Shown here: piece after piece, positions 38,112-46,013 of the stretch
How the letters are laid out: each line of letters begins with the position of its first letter
Numbering within the stretch: position 1 is the first letter of the stretch
From: Candidatus Hermodarchaeota archaeon
GTDB lineage: Archaea > Asgardarchaeota > Hermodarchaeia > Hermodarchaeales > Hermodarchaeaceae
Length of the DNA: 52,849 nt
Direction: 5' to 3'
Assembly: GCA_016840065.1 (NCBI GenBank)
Contig: JAEOTB010000032.1
Location: 1 to 52,849, forward strand
Made by a program: the position numbers and the translations under genes
The notes under the pieces: model-generated
Database searches by the model: none
What the model was told of the DNA's origin: nothing
Seen by the model: only the letters and a program-made list of their open reading frames with translations

Positions 38112-39737
38112 CTACGGTAACGGGGGTGTAATCTGTATTTCTTTGGGATACTCGACCTCAAACTCGTAGGTGATTTTCGTTTCTCCTCCTGCGGGTATGT
38201 CAAGTTCCCATGTTAAGATTCCGAGTCGTGTTTCAGAGGGTTTGGGAGACATTCTCTTATCATCCACTTTGATTTTCTCTGAATCGCTGTGGGGGATTCG
38301 GTCCATCACCTTGATGGAGCTCGCTTTCTTTCGGAAGCTTTTGATTGCGAGTTCGTAGGTGTATTCTCTTGAGACCTTCCCTCCGGTGAAGCCGCTCTTC
38401 TCTGCGCTCTTTTCCACTAGCTTCTTCTCCACTTTGAGGTCATAGGTGAATCGGATTCCGGTATCAAACTTTTCACGGGGTGCAACGACTTTCAGTACAG
38501 ACTCCCCTAGGTAGTCCTCTCCAGAATAGACTTTGGCTCTTCCTGGCAGTAATACTGTATCACCGTTCTTGATCTGAGTGGTTTCGATGACCTCGGCAAA
38601 GTCCACCGCGTTCCAGAAGTACTTGCGCTCTGCGGAGAGCTTTGTTTGGCTGATGCGGAAAGCGTGGGGTTCTCCGTCTGCTGGGACATTTACCATCTCA
38701 GGCAGAACGAAAACGTGTACTCCTCCTGTCTCTACTGCGGTCGCTGTTGCTAGCTTCATATCTGGTGCGGGAGCCGCTGGCTGTTCCATTGCGGTTGTTG
38801 CTATTAAATCATCTATGCCGTCCATTTCGGTTCTTTCCTCTTCTGGGCGTCTACTATCCCTCTTGGCTCTTGCCGCTCCTGTTCTTCTAGGTCTACCTTT
38901 TGGACGGGGTTTGTAAACCCGGAGGAGAAGAGGGTTAGGTTCAGTGACAACAGCAGGGCGGCTACTAGCTGTTGAAACGGTGAGCTTGACGTTCTCCCAA
39001 TCTTCAAGAGTATTGTTAATTACAACAGTGAAGGTGGTGATTTCTGCTGCTTCTTCTTTCAAGTCGATGTCGTAATTTGGCGCCCAAGCTGCACGACGAA
39101 CAAAGTATGTTATGTTGAATTCGCACTTGCCCGCTTTTTGGGCATCGATGTTGAGGATTATGGTGTTTGTCACTTCGTATTGTTGAACACTTCGTCGGAA
39201 TTTTTCGATTTCTCGTATAACAATCGCTAGTTCTTTCTCCAGCGCTTTTAATTCGGTTTGAGCTTTAGCTCGCTCCTTTTCTAGTTTCTCGAGATTAGTA
39301 GTTGTTAGAGTATCAATACTAGTGAGTTGGGCTACATCACACTCACCAGCGGGTATCCATCTAGAAAATTCAGTTGCCGAATTTGATAAAATTTGAGTGA
39401 AGAATTGCTCTCGTATAGTTATTCTTGCCAGCGTTTGATTGATTCTAGCCTTCTTCTTTTCAAAATCCTTTTGTTGCTTCACTAGTTTGTCAAGTTTGGC
39501 ATAGCCGCTGGCTTCAACGGTAGAGTCGACTGTGTCAAAGCTCAAGATTGAAGCATGTCCTCGACCCGACACTCGTACGCTCTCTTTGTCGAGAAAGCGT
39601 GTAAGATCAGGGATTCGTAGTTTGTGAGCGCCAGGCTTCAAAGTAATGGCGCCGCTACGTTCTATACGCGCGCCATCGCGGTAGACTGTGACCGCGGTGA
39701 TTTTTGTGTCGATTTTTGCCAGATCTTCCGTCGCCAT
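38112..39737 (-). CDS. DUF4140/DUF4139 (MuiA-family) protein, copy 1
   Basis: Same motifs; colinear paralogue of the downstream gene. Confidence 0.88.
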   Translation of the reverse strand: MATEDLAKIDTKITAVTVYRDGARIERSGAITLKPGAHKLRIPDLTRFLDKESVRVSGRGHASILSFDTVDSTVEASGYAKLDKLVKQQKDFEKKKARINQTLARITIREQFFTQILSNSATEFSRWIPAGECDVAQLTSIDTLTTTNLEKLEKERAKAQTELKALEKELAIVIREIEKFRRSVQQYEVTNTIILNIDAQKAGKCEFNITYFVRRAAWAPNYDIDLKEEAAEITTFTVVINNTLEDWENVKLTVSTASSRPAVVTEPNPLLLRVYKPRPKGRPRRTGAARAKRDSRRPEEERTEMDGIDDLIATTAMEQPAAPAPDMKLATATAVETGGVHVFVLPEMVNVPADGEPHAFRISQTKLSAERKYFWNAVDFAEVIETTQIKNGDTVLLPGRAKVYSGEDYLGESVLKVVAPREKFDTGIRFTYDLKVEKKLVEKSAEKSGFTGGKVSREYTYELAIKSFRKKASSIKVMDRIPHSDSEKIKVDDKRMSPKPSETRLGILTWELDIPAGGETKITYEFEVEYPKEIQITPPLP

Positions 39738-39830
39738 TATTTTTCACCAACAATTATTGAAACAGAGAAGAATCTAGTAAGCCTAAGTAAAAAGTTTCTG
39801 TAACTCCTATGAGAAGGAGAAAGGAAGCGA

Positions 39831-42254
39831 TTAGAGCAGGATACTGAGTTCTATTCGAGTTCGGGAATCAGGAAATTTGACGAGGAGGGTAAGGTCGTTT
39901 TCACGCCAATACCAGCCTAGATCTCCATCGTCTAGTTGGGTTGCATCCTTGTTCTGGGGAAGTGTAACATTGTTTAGAAGAACACGCGTTGGGCTTTTTT
40001 CAAGAGTAGGAATTGTGACCAAGTAATGGCGACTATCGGGAGCGTAGGAGCCTTCGCTTGGAAGGATTTCTAGACGAATTTCATCTTCTTCTGTGTAGCA
40101 CCAGTATTGAGTTATCGCCGATTTACCCAGTTGGTAGCCAAGAGTTTCACCGTCGTCATCATAATGCGGATATTCAAATGAACCATCGTGTGATGGAAAA
40201 ACGCAGAGGTGCAACGAGTCAACAGCTTCGCCTGTGTGTTGTACTACTGGCTGGAGTGGAATTATACTACCTTGGCGTACAAAAATTGGGCATTGATTCA
40301 TTGGTGCTGAAACGGTGATTGTGGAGGGACCAGTGTAGCGTTGGTTTGTGTGATAATCAATCCAGTGACCTGAAGGCAGGTAGACCTCTCGTTTTTCTTC
40401 ACCTTTGGTCAGAATAGGTGCTACAAGCAAGGATGGCCCAAGGAGGAACTCGTCATCTACCGAGTGACACTGTTCATCTGCTGGGAACTCGAGTATTAAT
40501 GGACGGATAATTGGAGTTCCTGTGAGCGAGGCTTCATGAAAGAGATCATAGAGGTAGGGGAGGAGCTTGTACCGCCACTCAATGAAGCGGCGACTGATTG
40601 CTTCCACCTCTTCATTAAACGCCCAGGGCTCCTGGTCCACTGTGTCCTTGTATGTGTGGTTGCGGCAGAATGGAGTAAATACTGCCATCTGTATCCAGCG
40701 CGTAAACAGTTCAGGTGTACAATCGTTGAAGAAACCACCTACATCTGCTCCTACAAAGGGAATTCCAGCCATTCCCAGATTGAGCAGCATCGGTATTGTG
40801 ACACGAAGATGATCCCATTTACTACTATTATCGGAGGTCCATAAAGCTGCATGGCGCTGAACGCCAGCCCACCCAGCTCTTGTAAGGACCCAGGGGCGCA
40901 TGTTGGGACGTAGTCGAAGCAACGCTTCAAAGGTCGATTGATTCATTAAATTAGGATAGATATTGTGGACAAGGGTGTGTGGATAACTTTGCCGCCCATC
41001 AGAGTGGACCACTTTTGCAAGCTCGTCATATTCTTGGTAGAGAAAGAGCTGCGGTTCATTCATATCATTCCAAATAGCATCAACACCCTGCTCAACAAGA
41101 GATTTGTGAAGATTTCCCCACCAACGCCTTACTTTGGGTTGCATGAAGTCAGGGAGTACAACAGCCCCTGGCCAAACTGTACCCACAAAGAGGTCACCAT
41201 CTCCTTTGCGTAAGAAGTAGTCATAAGCGAGTCCGTCTCTGTAGACAGGATAGTCTTCCTCCTGTTTGACACCGGGATCAATGATAACAACGCTGCGAAA
41301 TCCTTGTGAAGATAAATCAGATATTAGATTAGATGGGTTCGGGAAGGCATTCTTATCCCATGTGAAGACACGGTAGCCGTCCAGATAGTGAATGTCAAAC
41401 CAGATAGAGTCACATGGTATGCGGCGTTTTCTTAGCTCCTTGGCTATTTCTCGGATTCGCTTCTCATTGGGGTAGCTGTACCTACATTGATGATATCCGA
41501 GTGTCCAACGAGGTGGAAGAGGCATCCTTCCTGTTAGTTGGCTATAACTATAGAGCACCTGTTTTGGTGCTGGTCCGCAAATGAAGTAATAATCTAACTC
41601 GGTCTCATCGATGGTGATAGTGTATACTTCGGGGTCAGTGGCACCCATATCGAAAACACACTTGGCAGTTGTGTCAAAAAAGAGCCCGTAGGCTAACCCT
41701 TGACGAATAGCTACGAAGAAGGGAATGTTCACTGAGAGCGGATCTGTATCTGGTTGATAGGGGAAATACTGGTTCCACATTGTCATTTTAGAGCCGCGCT
41801 TGTCTAGTTGACCTCCCTTGTGTCCGAAGCCGTAGAAGTGCTCATTCACTGGTAGAACTTTGCCGCATTGAACCTGGACATTGTTTCCCCTCATCCCTAC
41901 TGGTAGTGAATCTTTGGTAAGCTGCTGGTCTTGAGCGTCATAGAATGTAAGGCGGCAGGGAGACCGGTTGATATAAACCTGTACTGCGGAGGTCTTGAGA
42001 CGCCAACCGGCTCCGTCTTCAAAGAACTCGATTGAACCAGTGCCGCGACGTAGCGATGGAAGAACTAGAAAAGATGAATCCTTAGGGAAAGTCTCTTCGA
42101 ACACTAGCCGAACGCGGATTATACCTTCTTGACGGACAGAAAGGCAGAGTATGGCATTCGTGCATCGGAATGTTACTGATTCACTCGCTACTTCAACGTT
42201 GAGAACGTCACCGATTTCAATGAAGGTTTGTGAAGTGGGTTCTTTTTCTGACAT
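39831..42254 (-). CDS. glycoside hydrolase family 31 (alpha-glucosidase-like)
   Basis: GYHQCRYSY, WFDIHY, IWNDMNEP (nucleophile), WTSDN (acid/base) and GADVGGF motifs. Confidence 0.95.
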   Translation of the reverse strand: MSEKEPTSQTFIEIGDVLNVEVASESVTFRCTNAILCLSVRQEGIIRVRLVFEETFPKDSSFLVLPSLRRGTGSIEFFEDGAGWRLKTSAVQVYINRSPCRLTFYDAQDQQLTKDSLPVGMRGNNVQVQCGKVLPVNEHFYGFGHKGGQLDKRGSKMTMWNQYFPYQPDTDPLSVNIPFFVAIRQGLAYGLFFDTTAKCVFDMGATDPEVYTITIDETELDYYFICGPAPKQVLYSYSQLTGRMPLPPRWTLGYHQCRYSYPNEKRIREIAKELRKRRIPCDSIWFDIHYLDGYRVFTWDKNAFPNPSNLISDLSSQGFRSVVIIDPGVKQEEDYPVYRDGLAYDYFLRKGDGDLFVGTVWPGAVVLPDFMQPKVRRWWGNLHKSLVEQGVDAIWNDMNEPQLFLYQEYDELAKVVHSDGRQSYPHTLVHNIYPNLMNQSTFEALLRLRPNMRPWVLTRAGWAGVQRHAALWTSDNSSKWDHLRVTIPMLLNLGMAGIPFVGADVGGFFNDCTPELFTRWIQMAVFTPFCRNHTYKDTVDQEPWAFNEEVEAISRRFIEWRYKLLPYLYDLFHEASLTGTPIIRPLILEFPADEQCHSVDDEFLLGPSLLVAPILTKGEEKREVYLPSGHWIDYHTNQRYTGPSTITVSAPMNQCPIFVRQGSIIPLQPVVQHTGEAVDSLHLCVFPSHDGSFEYPHYDDDGETLGYQLGKSAITQYWCYTEEDEIRLEILPSEGSYAPDSRHYLVTIPTLEKSPTRVLLNNVTLPQNKDATQLDDGDLGWYWRENDLTLLVKFPDSRTRIELSILL

Positions 42255-42289
42255 GCGTTCTCAACTGGAGTGTGGTGTTCAATTCCCTT

Positions 42290-43036
42290 TTAGCTTTCAT
42301 GTTCTTTGTTGAGGGGGACACCAATATGAGGAAGAAGCTGAAGTAATGAAAGCCCAACGGTGATTGTCATTATAGCCCCAAGGGTAACTTTGGTGGCAGT
42401 GATGACACCGGCTGTTAGCCACATGTATTGTAGTGCGTCGATTGTCAGTCCATAAAACACCCAGTAGGTTTGGCCTGGGATGAGGATGAAGATGCGTAGT
42501 AGGATGTCAGCTTCAAGCCCAATGAGCGCAGTGAAAAGGAGTAAGAGCAACTGGGACCGCTTCTCCGAAGTGGGCGACCACCCGAGATTTGTACAAAGGG
42601 TGAAAAGGAGAACCACTGCGAATCCCATCAGGCAATCCCAAATGCCTACGAGCGGAAGCGCCCAAGACACAGGCGATAAGAAGTAACCTACTAGTAGGAA
42701 TGAGTAGATTCCCAAGACTGGTCGCCATCGCCGTTGATAGACAAAGGCTGCCATTGCTGCACCTAATGGAGCACCTAGCATGAATATGAACTCGTAGGGG
42801 TCGCGGAAATAGATGAAATGCCCAAGGAGGGTGCCAAGCCCTACACTGTATGCACCAATGAAGGGACCTAATATAACGCCGACAATCGGGCTTATGAGGA
42901 AAACCCAAGAGTCCCAGATACCAGCATAAGGTAAAATCCCTATTGAAGGCATAATATCGAATACTGCAACTAAAGCTGTTGCAACACCAAGGAATGCGAC
43001 TAAGATGCTACGGTTCCTTGTAATTGCTAGCGCCAT
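42290..43036 (-). CDS. membrane protein, possible ECF transporter S-component
   Basis: ~7 TM segments; PIVGVILGP..GA pattern typical of S-components. Confidence 0.5.
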   Translation of the reverse strand: MALAITRNRSILVAFLGVATALVAVFDIMPSIGILPYAGIWDSWVFLISPIVGVILGPFIGAYSVGLGTLLGHFIYFRDPYEFIFMLGAPLGAAMAAFVYQRRWRPVLGIYSFLLVGYFLSPVSWALPLVGIWDCLMGFAVVLLFTLCTNLGWSPTSEKRSQLLLLLFTALIGLEADILLRIFILIPGQTYWVFYGLTIDALQYMWLTAGVITATKVTLGAIMTITVGLSLLQLLPHIGVPLNKEHES

Positions 43037-43118
43037 GCCCCGAATACAAATGGGTCATAATTTAAACTCTGTTCTCACACCGAAATCAGTGATTGGTTAG
43101 AATTATGGTGTACCTAGG

Positions 43119-43814
43119 TTAGAAGATTTGTTTGGCATATTGTAAAGAGAGCTGGATTTCTGATTGACCATTACTTGTAGCGATATTCATATGACCTGGT
43201 AGTAGAATCTCGACTGGTAGTTGAGCTAGCCTTGTGATGGAGGCTACGAGTTGTTGGGGGTTACCGGTTGGGAGATCGACTCGACCAAATGACCCTTGAC
43301 GAAATACAACATCCCCTGTGATGAGTATCTTATGGTTTGGCTCGAAGAAGCAGAGGCTCCCAATACTGTGCCCTGGTGTATGGAGCACCTGGAAGGTGAA
43401 GTCGCCAGCCTTGATTACTTCCCCCTCTTCGAGTTTTCGCCCCACGGGAATAGGTTCTAGTCGTTGCCCAAGTAGGCGGGCGTAAACAACTGAATCATCG
43501 CCTTTTTCTAGGTATTCACCTTCCTGCCTTGAAACCCAAAGCTCAGTATCCTTCACTTCCTTCAGAAAGAGAGGTACTGAACCTGAATGGTCTAGATGGG
43601 AATGTGTAAGGATAATCCGATTCAGTTGAGATATGCTAAAGCCTAGTTCCTCGATGGCAGCTGTTGTATGCTTGAAGTAGGTGGGGATTCCCGCGTCGAA
43701 TATGGTAAATCGCTCGCCCTCTTTAACAAGGTAGATGTTACTGTCTGGTAACATGCCTTCGCGGGCGACAATCCAGTAAAGCCCGTCCATGATTTTCCGG
43801 ACTGTTTTTGCCAT
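43119..43814 (-). CDS. MBL-fold metallo-hydrolase (glyoxalase II-like)
   Basis: SNIYL, FDAG, THSHLDHSG, HTPGH, TGD and PGH motifs. Confidence 0.92.
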   Translation of the reverse strand: MAKTVRKIMDGLYWIVAREGMLPDSNIYLVKEGERFTIFDAGIPTYFKHTTAAIEELGFSISQLNRIILTHSHLDHSGSVPLFLKEVKDTELWVSRQEGEYLEKGDDSVVYARLLGQRLEPIPVGRKLEEGEVIKAGDFTFQVLHTPGHSIGSLCFFEPNHKILITGDVVFRQGSFGRVDLPTGNPQQLVASITRLAQLPVEILLPGHMNIATSNGQSEIQLSLQYAKQIF

Positions 43815-43873
43815 GGTAATCCACGTCTTTGTTCAGGGTGAACTATATTCGTATCATCTAACCTGTTTTCGTG

Positions 43874-44983
43874 TTAGCCGATGACTTTCATTAGGAACTT
43901 ACCGTTTTTATAGAATAGTTCACCGTCTGCGTAAATTTCACCATTGTGAGTCATGTCTGCTAGCAGATCCCAATGGATGGCGGATTCGTTTTTCGATAGC
44001 GAGTCTTTGAAACCGTTTCCTAGAGCACAGTGTATGGTTCCTGTCATTTTTTCATCAAAGAGGATATTCTTCGTGAATTTTGTGATGCCAGGGTTGGTGC
44101 CGATAGCAATCTCACCAAGCCTTTGGGCTCCTTCGTCAATTTGTAGAATTCTATCCAGCAGGTCTTGACCCTTCTCTGCGGTCGCCTTCACGACCTTCCC
44201 CTTCGCAAAGGTCAAAGATACATCCACTACTTCTTTTCCTTGGAATATTCCAGGATAGGAGAAGCGAATCGTTCCATCTACGCTATCCTCAATCGGAGAG
44301 GTAAAGACCTCACCATCGGGCATATTGATGTGCCCGTCACAGTTTATCCATTTCCTGCCTTTGACGCGCGCAGTGAGATCGACATCCTTGCTTGTGAAAT
44401 GGATTGTTTCCTTTGCGTCGAGGTAAGCAACGATTTTCGCTTGGGTTTGGCTTATTTTTTGCCAGGCTTTTATTGGATCTTTTTGATCTAATAGGCAAGC
44501 CCCATAAACGAAATCCTCGTATTCTTCTGTTCCCATTCCAGCCTCTTGTGCCAGACTAGCTGATGGGAAGGGAATCAGGGAATACCAACCTTCTGTTAAG
44601 CGGCTCATGAAGAGTTTGTTAACTTCTGTCTGAGCCTTGGCAGACCGTGCTTGTTTGGCTGGATCAACATTGGTGAGTGCCTTCCGGTTTTCACTCGAGT
44701 AGACGACTATGTAGCCGTCCACCTTTTCCAAGGCATAGAGCGTGATTGGATTCACATAGTCAAGCTGGTGATCTTGGGCGTATCTGTAGAAGATTTCTTG
44801 ACCGCGGGGAAGGCTAACTCTGGTGTAGGGATGAGCACCGACCTTGAGGATTTCACGAACAAGTTCACGGATTAAAGGCTCAGCAATAAATGGTGCACCA
44901 ATACCGATTAATTGTCCCTTCTGGACACCAAGCGAGTATTCGACAGTGAGTTTGGCTAAGCGACTGATACGTTCATCGACCAT
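43874..44983 (-). CDS. aminopeptidase, peptidase M29 (AmpS/AmpT)
   Basis: NMPDGEVF, GEIAIGTN, FDEK..GT.H.ALG and SAIHWD motifs. Confidence 0.95.
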   Translation of the reverse strand: MVDERISRLAKLTVEYSLGVQKGQLIGIGAPFIAEPLIRELVREILKVGAHPYTRVSLPRGQEIFYRYAQDHQLDYVNPITLYALEKVDGYIVVYSSENRKALTNVDPAKQARSAKAQTEVNKLFMSRLTEGWYSLIPFPSASLAQEAGMGTEEYEDFVYGACLLDQKDPIKAWQKISQTQAKIVAYLDAKETIHFTSKDVDLTARVKGRKWINCDGHINMPDGEVFTSPIEDSVDGTIRFSYPGIFQGKEVVDVSLTFAKGKVVKATAEKGQDLLDRILQIDEGAQRLGEIAIGTNPGITKFTKNILFDEKMTGTIHCALGNGFKDSLSKNESAIHWDLLADMTHNGEIYADGELFYKNGKFLMKVIG

Positions 44984-45111
44984 TATTGTTCACCCAGAAC
45001 AACTTTCCATTGTTAAACGTTAGGATAAGGGTTTGGCTTGATTAATATGTGGGAACTGGGTCAGTTGTATCAGCAGTTTAAGTAAAAAAATTCTGCCGTC
45101 TAGTTCAAAGA

Positions 45112-45726
45112 CTAGACGGTTAGGAGGGTGTTTACGACGACGAGCCAGGTGAAGAGGAAGACAATGCCAGCGATACCAGCGTAGCGCCAACGTGTTTTAT
45201 GATAAGCTATGGCCCAATAGCAGAAGAGGAAGACCCCGACAGTCATTGCCCATCCACCAAGAGTCAGTATGGGAAGACCTTCAGGACCCCCAAAGAAGAC
45301 CACTTGAGCCGGGTCGAAATTCCATTCCCACCAAAGCGCCGCAACAGCAGGCATTTCGATGATTAGGCTAATTGTGGCAGAGATAAGACCCGCTAGGGTC
45401 GCAACGACTGGCATACGGCTGCGTAGGGGCTTGTCTATACCAGTAATCATACTGGCTAGGTACCAACTAGTGTAAGCAGAGAAGGTCCAGCCTACAGGAA
45501 CTACTAGCGGTGCAAAACCAATCCAGATATCAACAGGAAACACAAAGCCATACAAGTTGTAAGCGGGATTGAGGAAGAAGAGTACATTTTCGCGGATAAT
45601 CCCGTAGACGAGGGCGAATCCAAAGAAGCCAAGGGTTGGCTTCAAGCCACCACGGTACCTGTAGTGATGATAAACTAGGAAAACAAAGGCAATGTAGGCG
45701 GGAATGCTAAGCCAGAGACCACTCAT
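45112..45726 (-). CDS. CruF / carotenoid-biosynthesis (1,2-hydratase) family membrane protein
   Basis: GIIRE, APLVVPVGW, WWEW and GLP..TLGGW patterns; ~6 TM segments. Confidence 0.6.
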   Translation of the reverse strand: MSGLWLSIPAYIAFVFLVYHHYRYRGGLKPTLGFFGFALVYGIIRENVLFFLNPAYNLYGFVFPVDIWIGFAPLVVPVGWTFSAYTSWYLASMITGIDKPLRSRMPVVATLAGLISATISLIIEMPAVAALWWEWNFDPAQVVFFGGPEGLPILTLGGWAMTVGVFLFCYWAIAYHKTRWRYAGIAGIVFLFTWLVVVNTLLTV

Positions 45727-45932
45727 GCAACAGGACCCTCCTTTAAGTGGTGATGGTTTCGTACAATAGCTATAACCACTGCGATGACGATGACGATAAG
45801 AATAGGAACAGCTGAAATAAGGAAGTGAAGGCGAGCCAGAAGTACAACATCAACGAAAACCATTACGCCAATCATGAAGAGGGTTGCCCACAGAGGGATA
45901 TATTGGAGAAGTCGTTCTTTCCAGGTTGTCAT
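45723..45932 (-). CDS. small 2-TM membrane protein
   Basis: GGTGA RBS; two hydrophobic helices; stop overlaps the CruF-like start (ATGA). Confidence 0.7.
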   Translation of the reverse strand: MTTWKERLLQYIPLWATLFMIGVMVFVDVVLLARLHFLISAVPILIVIVIAVVIAIVRNHHHLKEGPVA

Positions 45933-46013
45933 TTTACTCACCAAGGTATAGGGAACTCGTGAGTTTTAGACAGATTGGAAGGTCTTTCTATTTAGCCTTT
46001 AAGGGAAAGGGGC

